Source: an uncultured Treponema sp. | GTDB lineage: Bacteria; Spirochaetota; Spirochaetia; Treponematales; Treponemataceae | Assembly (NCBI GenBank): GCA_964429975.1 | Contig: CAYSEA010000001.1 | Span: 52,096-116,095, forward strand | DNA length: 64,000 bases | Reading direction: 5' to 3' | Part shown: piece after piece, positions 38,841-48,700 of the stretch | How positions within the stretch are numbered: the stretch's first letter is position 1 | Layout of the letters: each line of letters begins with the position of its first letter | Program-made: the position numbers and the translations under genes | Notes under the pieces: generated by a model | Databases searched by the model: none | The model's input: only the letters and a program-made list of their open reading frames with translations | Told to the model about the DNA's origin: nothing

Positions 38841-39845
38841 ATGGCGGTTTCGATTCATGACGTCGCGCGGGAGGCTTCCCTCTCGTGCGAGACGATCCTT
38901 GAAGGGCTTATCAGTCCGTCGGCCCTCGAGCCCGAGGTCGTTCGCTTCGTTATGGAAACGATCCGCAAGACGGGCTATCTCGAGACGTTCGCGCAGTGGA
39001 AAACCGGAAAGCAAAACACCGCCATCGCGGTGCTTACCTTCGGATTCGATTCCGCCTCGGACGCCGAGGCCTTTAAGGGCGTCGACCGGGTGCTCTCCGC
39101 GCTTGGCCTCGACGCTACGACCGTCATTTTCCCGACGAGGCACTCGTCCGCCCTGCGGGAGGAACTGCTTTCGACGTTGCTTCGCTTTAACATGGTTTCG
39201 GCCGTCATCACGATGAACCTTTCGCCCTCGCGCGAGGTCGTCGAGAAATACGCGCGGCTCGGCAAGCCGCTCGTGCTCATGCAGACGAGCGTACCGGGCG
39301 CCCAGTCGGTACTTCTCGAAAACCAGCGGGGAATGTCCATCGCGGTGAACTATCTTTTTCAGCGGGGATACCGACGCATCGCCCTTCTCAACGGGCCGAC
39401 GAGCGGGCGCGACAAGGCTGCCGTTCCGGCCGAGCGGTTTCTCGGATACGTCAACGCGATTCAGCGCATCGGCCTCGAGCTCGACGAGTCGCTCGTGTTT
39501 GAGGCCGCGGACTTCGATACCGAGGACGGCATCGCGGGCTTCAAACATTTCGCCTCGCTGGGCGCGCTTCCCGACGCCATTCTCTGCGCGACCGGCGACA
39601 TGAGCGCCATCGGCCTCATTAACGCCGCGCGCGAGGCGGGCGTTCGCGTCCCCGAAGATCTCGCGGTCATGGGCTATGACGACCTGCCCGTCGCGCGCCT
39701 CGTTCAGCCCGGGCTGACGACGATACGCCAGCGGCTAATGATAGCCGGCGCGGGCGCGCTCGTGCTCGCCCTCGAATCGGCGGTAAACGGCAAGGGGCAG
39801 GATCTCGTCATTATGCCGGAGCTCGTGGAGCGCGGAAGCGCCTGA
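38841..39845 (+). CDS. LacI-family regulator with atypical HTH
   Basis: SIHDVARE, GYRRIA, ERFLGY, VPEDLAVMGYDD, LTTIRQ and PELVERGS motifs. Confidence 0.9.
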   Translation: MAVSIHDVAREASLSCETILEGLISPSALEPEVVRFVMETIRKTGYLETFAQWKTGKQNTAIAVLTFGFDSASDAEAFKGVDRVLSALGLDATTVIFPTRHSSALREELLSTLLRFNMVSAVITMNLSPSREVVEKYARLGKPLVLMQTSVPGAQSVLLENQRGMSIAVNYLFQRGYRRIALLNGPTSGRDKAAVPAERFLGYVNAIQRIGLELDESLVFEAADFDTEDGIAGFKHFASLGALPDAILCATGDMSAIGLINAAREAGVRVPEDLAVMGYDDLPVARLVQPGLTTIRQRLMIAGAGALVLALESAVNGKGQDLVIMPELVERGSA

Positions 39846-39882
39846 TTGCGTATGCGTGCGCTTGATTGCGCCTGAGCCCGCG

Positions 39883-41259
39883 TTACGTCAGGCGCGCTTG
39901 GGGAAGCGAGATGGTGAATCTCGCGAGATTGCCGGAATTTTCGGCGGCGATCCCGCCTCCGTGCAAGTCGACGATCGCCTTCGCGATCGAAAGGCCGAGG
40001 CCGAAGCCACCTTCCGGCCGCGAGTCGTTTCCGCGATACATGCGATCGAACATCCGCTCGATATCCGCTTCGGGAATATGTCCCGTATTCTCGACCGCGA
40101 CGCGAACGTCGCTGAATTCCGTTACGAGCGTTACGCGTATGGTCCCGCCGCGCGCGGTGTGCTGAAGCGCGTTTTGCGCGATATTCGACACGCACCGCTG
40201 CATGAGCAGCTCGTCCATCAATACGACGACGTCTTCTCCCGAGCATTCAAGGGCGATACCCGCTTGCTCGCACAGGAAAAGAAAGCGCTCGCGGATGTCG
40301 TCGAGGAAGTCCATGGAACCGATGGGCGCGCGCTTGATCGACATCTCGGGCGACTCATAGCGGCTGAGTTCCTGGAGATTGCGCACGAGCGCCTCGACGT
40401 GATTGAGTTCCGACAGGAGCCGCTCCAGCCGCTTCGCGCTCGTTTCGAGAACGCCGTCGACCATCGCCTCGAATTGGCTTTTGATCGCCGCGATCGGGGT
40501 CCTGAGGTCGTGCGAGATGTCCTGCATCCACTGCCGCCTGAGCCGCTCTTCTCGTTCGAGCCTCCGCTGGAGCGTTTCCGCGGAGCGCGCGATGCTCGTC
40601 AGCTCGCTCGTTCCCGATTTCGGGAACGATACGTCGCGCTCTCCGTCGCTGATCGCGACGATACCCGCCGCAAGCGCCTTGGTCTGGTTCGAGAACGAGG
40701 TTGAGAAGACGATGGACACGGCGAGCGTGAGCCCGACGGCGATGAGGATTCCCACCGTGATCGCGCCCCGCATCGTGTCGACGAACTGGCGGTTCGCCTT
40801 GTACGCGAGGAAGTCCGCGCTGTCGACGGAGAGATACGATATTACCCGTGATCCGTCCTTGATCGCGAGCGGCGGGTTTCGGTTGAGCAATGACTGCGGA
40901 GCGCGGCCCTCGTCGCGGAGGTCCTGCACGCTCACGCGCCTGCCTTGCTCGATGAGAAGGACGGGCTGTTTCTTTTCGTCGAACACGTACACGAAGAGGG
41001 AGTCGGTCATGTAGGGAAGAAGCGCGGCCTCGAGGGCAGTTTCGGTGAATCCGCCGTTGAGCCGGTGCGCCTTCGCGATCATCGGCACGAGTATCGTCTC
41101 GAGGTCTTCTTTTTTCTCTCTGTTCCAGTTCATGATTGAAGCTTTTATGGCGAAGCCCGTCATGAGCGACATGACGACGAGAACGACGAGCGACGACGCG
41201 AGAAGCCCTGAGAAAATTTTCGCGAATATGCTTTCCGGCAGAAGGGTCTTACGTCGCAT
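39883..41259 (-). CDS. HAMP sensor histidine kinase
   Basis: Two TM helices; ISHDLRTP H-box; NIAQNA N-box; GFGLGLSI G2-box. Confidence 0.96.
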   Translation of the reverse strand: MRRKTLLPESIFAKIFSGLLASSLVVLVVMSLMTGFAIKASIMNWNREKKEDLETILVPMIAKAHRLNGGFTETALEAALLPYMTDSLFVYVFDEKKQPVLLIEQGRRVSVQDLRDEGRAPQSLLNRNPPLAIKDGSRVISYLSVDSADFLAYKANRQFVDTMRGAITVGILIAVGLTLAVSIVFSTSFSNQTKALAAGIVAISDGERDVSFPKSGTSELTSIARSAETLQRRLEREERLRRQWMQDISHDLRTPIAAIKSQFEAMVDGVLETSAKRLERLLSELNHVEALVRNLQELSRYESPEMSIKRAPIGSMDFLDDIRERFLFLCEQAGIALECSGEDVVVLMDELLMQRCVSNIAQNALQHTARGGTIRVTLVTEFSDVRVAVENTGHIPEADIERMFDRMYRGNDSRPEGGFGLGLSIAKAIVDLHGGGIAAENSGNLARFTISLPQARLT

Positions 41260-41953
41260 CTGAGCGGTTCCGCGCGCCGGCGAAGCGATATCCGTATCCG
41301 CGCACTGTCTCGATCCAGACGGAAGCGCCGAGCTTACTGCGCAGGTTTGCGATATGCGTGTCTATCGTGCGCTCTGATCCTTCGAAGAAATAATTAAGGC
41401 ATTCCGACAGAAGCCTCTCGCGCGAGACCACGAGCCCTTCCTGCCCCGCAAGGTATTCAAGTATTTTCCATTCGGCGCCGGTGAGATACAGTTCTTCCGA
41501 ATTGACGGAAAGCCGATGCGAGGCGGCATCGAGCTCGAGCGTATTTCCGTCGAGCGTCCAGGAACAGGCGTCGCCTCCCTGTTTGGATGTTTGCGAATAG
41601 CGCTTGAGCAGGGCCTGGACCCTGAGCGCGAGTTCCTTCGGCGAAAACGGCTTTACGACGTAGTCGTCGGCCCCGAGCTCGAAACCGAGAATGCGGTCCG
41701 ATTCCGAGGATTTCGCCGTAAGGAAGATAAGCGGGATGTCCGCGATTTCCTTGATCGCCTTCGCGAGATTGAATCCGTTTCCGTCGGGAAGCATGATATC
41801 GAGTATGGCGAGGTCGACGACTCCCCGCCGGACCGTTTCCACGACGTCCTTGACGCAATCGAATTCCAGTATTTTGTGCCCGTCGAGCTGGAGATAGCCG
41901 GCGGCCGCTTCCCTGATAAACGCATTATCTTCAACGAGCACTATGCATGCCAT
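41249..41953 (-). CDS. OmpR-family response regulator
   Basis: VED, LDIMLPDGNG, GADDYVVKPFS and IETVRGYGYRF motifs. Confidence 0.97.
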   Translation of the reverse strand: MACIVLVEDNAFIREAAAGYLQLDGHKILEFDCVKDVVETVRRGVVDLAILDIMLPDGNGFNLAKAIKEIADIPLIFLTAKSSESDRILGFELGADDYVVKPFSPKELALRVQALLKRYSQTSKQGGDACSWTLDGNTLELDAASHRLSVNSEELYLTGAEWKILEYLAGQEGLVVSRERLLSECLNYFFEGSERTIDTHIANLRSKLGASVWIETVRGYGYRFAGARNRSDAT

Positions 41954-41962
41954 TCGTAAACC

Positions 41963-42844
41963 TCATTCCGCGTAGATATATTCCCTGAACACGAAGCTCC
42001 CGCCCGTCTCATGCCTGCTGACCCAATTTCCCGCCTCGTCATACTGATAGTCCGTTCGCGAGCGAATCGATCCGTCGGCGCCAAAGACCGTTTCCTCGAT
42101 CACGCGCCCGTCGCTGCCGCTTACCCGCTTGATCCGCCGCTTGAGCGCTCCGTTCGGCGCGAAAGTCTTGCTCGCGGCGAGGTACCCGTTCGTGCCGTAC
42201 GCGTATTCCTCGCGCTCATAGAGTCCGTTCGCGTCATATCGCTCTTCGACGGTCGCGCGCCCGAGCGTGTCGTAAAAATACATGACGCGCTTGAGGAGCT
42301 TTCCGTCGGAATAGAGCGTGAGTCGCGCGACGAGTCGGGATTTCTCGTCGTATTGAAAGGTGTCCTGAAGGCTCACGTTGCCGGCCTTATCGTATCTCGT
42401 CTTTCCCGAGAGTCGCCCCTTTGCGTCGTGCGCGTATACCACGCGGCCCTCGAGGCCTCCCGTCGAGTCAAACGCGGACTCGGTGTTTTGCCTTCCTTTG
42501 TCGTCGTAGCCGTACGCGTATCGCCACGTGACGCTTCCGGACGCGTCCGTTCCCTTGATCTCCGCGAGCTGCCCGCCCTTCGCGTACGCGAATCGCGTTT
42601 CGCCGGTCAGGTCGCCTGTGGCCCCGTAGTTTCTTTCGGCAACGGGCTTGCCGTCGCGGCCGAAGACGACGCTGCGCTTCAGCACGAGAAGCGAGCGCTG
42701 ATCGCGCTCGAATTCCATAAACTGCGAAACCTTTCCGCGCACCCCGCCCGAGACGCTCTCGGGAAGCGGTGACTCAAACGAATCCGCGAACGCCGCCTGC
42801 TGAAGAAGAAGAAGTGCTACAATAAAAACCGTTACGCGACACAT
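41963..42844 (-). CDS. Exported YD/RHS-repeat protein
   Basis: Signal peptide; about 24-aa repeats YGYDDKGR, YAHDAKGR, FQYDEKSR, YFYDTLGR, YQYDEAGN. Confidence 0.85.
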   Translation of the reverse strand: MCRVTVFIVALLLLQQAAFADSFESPLPESVSGGVRGKVSQFMEFERDQRSLLVLKRSVVFGRDGKPVAERNYGATGDLTGETRFAYAKGGQLAEIKGTDASGSVTWRYAYGYDDKGRQNTESAFDSTGGLEGRVVYAHDAKGRLSGKTRYDKAGNVSLQDTFQYDEKSRLVARLTLYSDGKLLKRVMYFYDTLGRATVEERYDANGLYEREEYAYGTNGYLAASKTFAPNGALKRRIKRVSGSDGRVIEETVFGADGSIRSRTDYQYDEAGNWVSRHETGGSFVFREYIYAE

Positions 42845-43137
42845 CGGTATCAGTGTACATCTTTCGAGCTTAATTTCTAGCCGTTTTGCGATAGATGCGC
42901 CATCGGCCTCGCGACGCAAGAGATGATTCTTTGCAAAATCTTGACAATCCCGGGAAGTTTCGTTGACATAACGAGTCTACACTCATGCATGACGGCGGCG
43001 AAGCGGCGCGTTCGGGCAGACCCCGAGCGAGGATCGATTCGCCAGAATCTCCAATAACGCGAGTATGTCTCGCGCTGGAACATTCGCCGTCCGCCGGCGT
43101 CGCCGGTTTCGGAGTACATGAAACTTGGGGTGTGTAT

Positions 43138-44739
43138 ATGAATAAGCGATCGAACGTGAGATCCCGCGCATGGTTCGCCATGGTCGCGTGCATTGCGGCG
43201 TTTGCCCTGCAGTCCTGTTCCACGGTAGACCCGGATCGGGTCAAGCAGGAAGACGGGTACGTGTATGGGTACGGAAAAGGAGGATCGCCCGAGGAGGCCG
43301 AGTTGGAGGCAAAGCGCGACTTGATCGCGAATGCCCTCGAGTCGTCCATGCGAAAGCGCTCGGGCGAATCGCGCCGCGTCGTCGTGACCACGGAGGCCGC
43401 GCGCGGGATCTCTCTCGAGACCAAGAAAGTCGCGGAGCTTAAGGGCGATGAATCCACGAGCGTCACCCTCCGCGTGCGCGAAGAAGACTGGGAAAAGTAT
43501 GAGGCGAGCCGCGAGGCTTCCCTGAGAAAGGAGTTATCTTCCTCTCTTTCCCGCGCGTCCGATTCCCGCCCGATGGCGGAACGCGTCGCTTCGGCGATTG
43601 AAACGCTCGCTAAGCTCGAAGCCGCGGGCGTCGACGGACTTCTGACGGTCGAAGAGGGCGGGGATACGCTTCTTTCCGACGCGATCGTCGAGTCGCTCGG
43701 AAAACAGGCGACGAACCTGACCGTTTCCCTCGCACCCTCGAGCGGGATTATCGAGGCGGGAGCGGTCGTAACCGCGAGTCTCGCCGACGTGTCGGGCGCC
43801 GCGCTTAACGGCGTTCCCCTCGCGGCAATTTGGTCGCGCGACGGTACGGCCGTAAGCGAGACTCCCTCGATCGAGCGCGCAGACGCGCGCGGAGTCGTGA
43901 CCTTTCGCGTTCCCGCAAGCGAGGAAGGCGCGTCTCCGTCGATCACCCTTCGCGTAACGACCGCTTTCGCGTCAAGCGCGATAGCTTCCGCGCGACGCTC
44001 CGCCGGTCGGCTTTCCGCCATCGACGGGCAGATAGCGGCCGAGGCAACGTTCGTAATCGGAGACTCCCTTGCGGAGCGCTTCGGGCCGTTCGTGCGCGTC
44101 GAAGCGGGTTCCTTCGTCATGGGCGCCGCGCCTGGCGACAAGCGCGCGTCGAAGCGCGAGGCGTCGCGAAACGCGGAAACCGGCGCGTATCAGATCGCTG
44201 CGCGTCCGGTGACGAACGCTCAGTACAAGATGTTCCTCGACGCGACGGGATACGCCGCGGTTCCGGATTTTTTCGATAACCCGGAGTATACTCAGGCGGA
44301 TCAGCCGGTGGTCGGCGTGACGCGCGCGGATGCGGACGCTTTCGCGTCTTGGCTCTCGGGCGTTCTCGGTTCCGCCGTCAGGCTTCCGAGCGAAGCCGAG
44401 TGGGAAAAGGCCGCCAAGGCCGGACGAAATGTCCTGTTCCCGTGGGGAGACGAAAGTCCCACCGAAGGCGAACGCGCGAATTATCGCGGCAACGCGAGAT
44501 TCAAGCGACCCTCTCCGGTCGGATCGTTCCCCAACGGCGCGAATCCCTGGGGACTCCATGACATGGCCGGTAACGTATGGGAAATCGTCTCTTCGCCCGC
44601 GGGTGAACCGCAGACGGCAAAGGGAGGCTCTTGGATGGAAGGATCGAACGACGTGAGAATATCTAATAAGCGGGAAATCGATCCCGCAAAGACGTACGCG
44701 GACGTCGGATTCCGCATCGTGATGGAGGTAGCTCGATGA
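43138..44739 (+). CDS. Lipoprotein with C-terminal FGE-sulfatase (SUMF1/CLec-fold) domain
   Basis: Lipobox ALQSC; PVTNAQY, RLPSEAEWEKAA, NPWGLHDMAGNVWE, KGGSW and VGFR motifs. Confidence 0.9.
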   Translation: MNKRSNVRSRAWFAMVACIAAFALQSCSTVDPDRVKQEDGYVYGYGKGGSPEEAELEAKRDLIANALESSMRKRSGESRRVVVTTEAARGISLETKKVAELKGDESTSVTLRVREEDWEKYEASREASLRKELSSSLSRASDSRPMAERVASAIETLAKLEAAGVDGLLTVEEGGDTLLSDAIVESLGKQATNLTVSLAPSSGIIEAGAVVTASLADVSGAALNGVPLAAIWSRDGTAVSETPSIERADARGVVTFRVPASEEGASPSITLRVTTAFASSAIASARRSAGRLSAIDGQIAAEATFVIGDSLAERFGPFVRVEAGSFVMGAAPGDKRASKREASRNAETGAYQIAARPVTNAQYKMFLDATGYAAVPDFFDNPEYTQADQPVVGVTRADADAFASWLSGVLGSAVRLPSEAEWEKAAKAGRNVLFPWGDESPTEGERANYRGNARFKRPSPVGSFPNGANPWGLHDMAGNVWEIVSSPAGEPQTAKGGSWMEGSNDVRISNKREIDPAKTYADVGFRIVMEVAR

Positions 44740-46199
44740 AGGCACAGAGAAACAGCATAGGACTGACGATTGTTATCGCCCTCGCGGTCGCGCTCTCGTC
44801 TTGCGTGACGACCGGTTCGGGGGTCGGAAGCCCGGACGAGAAAAACATAGAGAAGGGAATCGAGGCGTGGAATAAGCGGAATCCGGAAGCGGCGCGGGGA
44901 TACTGGGCCGATATCGAGGAGCCGAAGGCGCGCAAGAAACACCTTGACTATATCGATTCGTACAAAACGGGCGACGCCGCCCTCTCGGGCGCGATGGACG
45001 GAGAGAAACAATCCGAGGCGAAGCTTCTTGCCGCGTGCGAGAAGGCGCTCGCCGCGTTCTCGTCGCTTGACGACCGGCTTACCTTGCCGGGCGCCACAAA
45101 GAAGGACGGCGCGGCACTTTCAGAGGGGCGCATGCGCGCCCTGCTCGCCGCGGGTAGCGCCGTGCGCGCGCGCGATATCGGCAGAAAATCGGTGAAGGCC
45201 TACGGGGAGACCGAGGGTCTTGCGATTCTTCTTAAGGAAGCGGAAGTGGTAAGCGCGTCGCGCGCCCGGGCCGCCAAGGCGGAGGCCTTCGCGCAAGAAG
45301 GCCGTGCGGCCGAGGATTTCGCTTCGAAGCTCGCGGCGTTCGACTCGTCGCTTGAGGCCTACAAAAAGGCCGAGGCAACGCTTGCATCTGAAGCGTCTTC
45401 CGCGGGAATCGCGCAGGGCGCGGGCGTGGCGGCGGAGCGAAAGCTCCTCAGGCGCGAAACGCAAAACGTCTCCGTCGAGCGCGACGGCGCGATTCGCGCC
45501 CAAGCATACCATTATAAGGACAGAAGCGGCGAGGAATTCGCCCGCGTTCCCGAGAAGGGCAAGGAAGGGGGCATGAGCCTCGAAGAATTGCTCGCGCACC
45601 AGGAATCCGTCAAGGCGAACATCGATTCGGTCCATCAGGAAATGATCGCCTTCGCGGGAAACTATCCCGAGAGTATCGGGAAGGACGTGCTCGACGACGT
45701 CGACGGCCAGAAGCGCGACTTGGATCTCAAGATCGCCCAGATAAACAACGAAATCAGGACCGCGAAGGAAATCGCGAGCCGCGGCAAGGTCGTCATGCCC
45801 GTCATGATCGGACTCTTTAATTCCGCGCCCTCGACGGGCGACGAAGGGAAGAAGAGCCGGCCGGCGGTGTTCTCGGCCAAGAAGGCGAAGAAAGACGAAT
45901 ACTGGTGGGGGATGGTCTCGATTCCCCGCGGCGAGATGAACGATCTCGTCATCACCATGAAAGACTCTCGCACGGTTCGCGTCTTCGGGGAAAACACCAA
46001 ATCGGGAAAGCTCATCGAGAAAAACAAGATGAGCGATTTGGTGAATCGCACCTACAAGGTCGGTAACTCCTGGCCCGTGCTCAACGCGGGCGGGCAGCTT
46101 CCGACGAACAAGTATTTCTTCGAGATACAGCCGGGAAAGACGGCGGAATACGAAGGCGAAGCCGTCGTATATAGCTCGTTTATCATGAGGATGAGGTAA
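44736..46199 (+). CDS. Hypothetical lipoprotein, helical/coiled-coil with a beta-rich C-terminal domain
   Basis: GGAGG RBS; lipobox LSSC; ATGA overlap with the upstream gene. Confidence 0.8.
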   Translation: MKAQRNSIGLTIVIALAVALSSCVTTGSGVGSPDEKNIEKGIEAWNKRNPEAARGYWADIEEPKARKKHLDYIDSYKTGDAALSGAMDGEKQSEAKLLAACEKALAAFSSLDDRLTLPGATKKDGAALSEGRMRALLAAGSAVRARDIGRKSVKAYGETEGLAILLKEAEVVSASRARAAKAEAFAQEGRAAEDFASKLAAFDSSLEAYKKAEATLASEASSAGIAQGAGVAAERKLLRRETQNVSVERDGAIRAQAYHYKDRSGEEFARVPEKGKEGGMSLEELLAHQESVKANIDSVHQEMIAFAGNYPESIGKDVLDDVDGQKRDLDLKIAQINNEIRTAKEIASRGKVVMPVMIGLFNSAPSTGDEGKKSRPAVFSAKKAKKDEYWWGMVSIPRGEMNDLVITMKDSRTVRVFGENTKSGKLIEKNKMSDLVNRTYKVGNSWPVLNAGGQLPTNKYFFEIQPGKTAEYEGEAVVYSSFIMRMR

Positions 46200-46200
46200 T

Positions 46201-47811
46201 ATGATCGACCGAAAGAATTTGCTTACGAAAAAAAACGCCGTCGTCGGGGCGGTCGTGCTCGCCGTCGTTTTGGGATCTGTCGCGGCGCTCGTCATATGGA
46301 GAGGTCAGCCTCGGGGCATCGTCGTCGCGACTTCGACCCTGCCTGACTCGCTTAATCCTGTTCTCGAGCAGAACGTGTCGGGCATGAACGCTTCCGAGCT
46401 CGTGTTCGACGGGCTCGTGAACTTCGAGGTCGACGCGGAATCGGGGTCTCTGTATCCCGAGCTCGCGCTCGCCGAAAGCATCGAGCAGGACCCGAAGGAC
46501 AAGAAGACCTACACGGTCCTTATCCGTCAGGCGTTTTGGCACGACGGCAATCCGGTCGTAGCCGAGGACGTCGCGTATTCCTTCGACGCGTATATGGACG
46601 AGAAGAACGCTTCTCCGAAGAAGGCGTATCTCGAGTCGTTCATCCGCGACGTTCGCGCCGTTAATTCGAGCACGGTCGAGATCGAGTTCGTGAACCCGAT
46701 TCCGGAATTCCGCGCGTATCCCGTGCTGACGTTCAAGATCATTCCGTCGACGTATCGCGGGCGGGCGATGAACGTGAGCATGCGCTCGGGCGAGAACGAG
46801 CGTAATTTCGCCGTCGAGCCGATCGGCACCGGCCCCTACCGCCTTTCCGAGTGGGAAATCGGCAAGTGGGTCGGCTTCGAGGTCAACGGCGCCTATTTCA
46901 AGGGCGTTCCGAAGGCGACGGGCCTCGTGATCAAGAAAATGATCGATCCGGTCATCCGCATGAACGAGCTGAGGAAGGGTCGCATCAATCTCGTGCTGGA
47001 AACTTCCCCCATGGATCGCTCCAAGGTGGCGAAGATGAGCGAGGTGGATATCAACTCGTACCTTCCTTATGCGTTCTATCAGGTCGCCATCAATCTGAAG
47101 TCATTCCCGAATGTGGACGCGAGAAAGGCGCTCGCGCTGTCGCTCGACCGACCTTCCCTCGTCCCGTCGATTACGGATCAGGAAGTCGGCGTCGTGCTGA
47201 ACCCGGGCCCATTCCCCGCCGACATCTTTATGAGGAATATTCCCGAATACGTAAACGAGAAAATCCCGAACCTTCTCGCGCACGATCCCGATGAGGCCCG
47301 CCGCCTTTCGAAGTCGGGCGGTATCGCGGGTCAGACCGCGATACTTCTGTATCCCGACTCGATGGGCGAGTTCGGCACGAGGATGGCCGAGGGTATCGTC
47401 CGGCAGATGGCGTCCATCGGGCTCGAGGTCGAGGCGAAGCGGACGGGAGACCAGGTTTTCAAGCGCATGGTCTTCGACGAAAAGTCGTATGAGCTCGCGC
47501 TCATTTATTGCGACGGCTTTGATAACCTGTATTCGGACATGGGCCGCTGGTATCGGAGCAAGGGTGACCTGAACGTCACGGGCGTGGCGGACAAGGAACT
47601 CGATTCCCTCTTTGACCGCTGGGACCGCGAGGTCGTGACCGCGAAATGGGTTGACCTGACGCTTTCGCTCAACGAGCGCATCTCCGCCATGGCGCCCGCC
47701 ATGTATTTGTGCTCCCTCGAGAAGGACGTCTACACGCGGGGCCTCGGCAACGTGGCGATCGCGACGGACAATCCTTTCCTTTCGGTAGAGAACTGGACGC
47801 TAAGGAACTAG
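46201..47811 (+). CDS. ABC substrate-binding protein, family 5 (Opp/Dpp/Nik-like)
   Basis: SLNP, LVFDGLV, PELALAES, WHDGNPVVAEDVAYS and PIGTGPY motifs; N-terminal TM anchor. Confidence 0.92.
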   Translation: MIDRKNLLTKKNAVVGAVVLAVVLGSVAALVIWRGQPRGIVVATSTLPDSLNPVLEQNVSGMNASELVFDGLVNFEVDAESGSLYPELALAESIEQDPKDKKTYTVLIRQAFWHDGNPVVAEDVAYSFDAYMDEKNASPKKAYLESFIRDVRAVNSSTVEIEFVNPIPEFRAYPVLTFKIIPSTYRGRAMNVSMRSGENERNFAVEPIGTGPYRLSEWEIGKWVGFEVNGAYFKGVPKATGLVIKKMIDPVIRMNELRKGRINLVLETSPMDRSKVAKMSEVDINSYLPYAFYQVAINLKSFPNVDARKALALSLDRPSLVPSITDQEVGVVLNPGPFPADIFMRNIPEYVNEKIPNLLAHDPDEARRLSKSGGIAGQTAILLYPDSMGEFGTRMAEGIVRQMASIGLEVEAKRTGDQVFKRMVFDEKSYELALIYCDGFDNLYSDMGRWYRSKGDLNVTGVADKELDSLFDRWDREVVTAKWVDLTLSLNERISAMAPAMYLCSLEKDVYTRGLGNVAIATDNPFLSVENWTLRN

Positions 47812-47815
47812 CCGC

Positions 47816-48700
47816 ATGAGACTACTGCGTTTTTTCGCCCGCGAGTTTTTCGTTCACGGTATCGTGTTCGCCCTCGTGGGTACCTGCGCGCTCGCGCTTC
47901 TCTACCTCGCGTCGATCGGCGCGCCGCCCGAGAGCTACGCGGAATCGGCCCGGTCGTTTCTGCAGCTCGTGACCGGGTCGGAGGATTTCTCGACGGCGCA
48001 CCCCGGCTTCAGCGCCGCCCGCATAATCGCGAGCGGCGCGGCCGTGACCTTACCGCTCGCCTTGGTATCTCTCGCGTTTCTTACCGTCATTTCGCTTTCC
48101 CTGGCGGCGGCCTCGAGCGCGTCGCGGTACCTCGCGAACCGCCACGGCTCGCGGGGAGCGGCGGGCCTCTACGCGGCGCTCGACATGATCGTCTCCGCGC
48201 TCGCCGCTTGCCCGCTGTTCGTCGGCTTCTGGGCGCTCGCTCAGGCGTTCGGCAGCGAGACGCCGTTCGTGTTCATCGCGGTCGTCACGGTTCTGCTCGG
48301 CGGCCTTTCTTGGGACGCGGCGCGCTTTCTGGGCGCCGACATGCTCGCGCAAGCGGACACGACGCACGCGATCGTGTTCGGCACGCTCGGCAATCCCCTC
48401 GGCTCGGCCTTTCCGCTCCCGGGAACTTGGTCGGGGTATCTTTTTGCCTCGAGCCTTCCGAGGTTCCTTCCGTATCTCGCGGGAAAGGTTCCCGCCATCG
48501 TCGGCGCAGTCACGATCGCGGAGATCGTCTTTTCCTTTCCGGGACTCGGAAGCACCTTGCTGGACGCGCTCCTCGCCACGAACACGGACCTTCTCGTGGC
48601 GTCGGTCTTCATCCTGTTGTGCCTTAACGCGGTCGTCACCTTCGCGGTGAAGACGGTCCTGTTTCTCGTCTATCCGAGGTGGTATGAAAAATCGGTTTAA
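47816..48700 (+). CDS. Divergent OppB/DppB-like permease
   Basis: About 6 TM helices; AEIVFSFPGLG; ends LVYPR. Confidence 0.8.
   Translation: MRLLRFFAREFFVHGIVFALVGTCALALLYLASIGAPPESYAESARSFLQLVTGSEDFSTAHPGFSAARIIASGAAVTLPLALVSLAFLTVISLSLAAASSASRYLANRHGSRGAAGLYAALDMIVSALAACPLFVGFWALAQAFGSETPFVFIAVVTVLLGGLSWDAARFLGADMLAQADTTHAIVFGTLGNPLGSAFPLPGTWSGYLFASSLPRFLPYLAGKVPAIVGAVTIAEIVFSFPGLGSTLLDALLATNTDLLVASVFILLCLNAVVTFAVKTVLFLVYPRWYEKSV

Noticed and set aside
41963-42844. Rhs polymorphic toxin
   Set aside because: Too short; lacks the Rhs core cleavage motif, toxin domain and immunity gene.
44560-44739. Diversity-generating retroelement target (FGE/CLec C-terminus)
   Set aside because: No template repeat or reverse transcriptase in the window; a remote DGR cannot be excluded.
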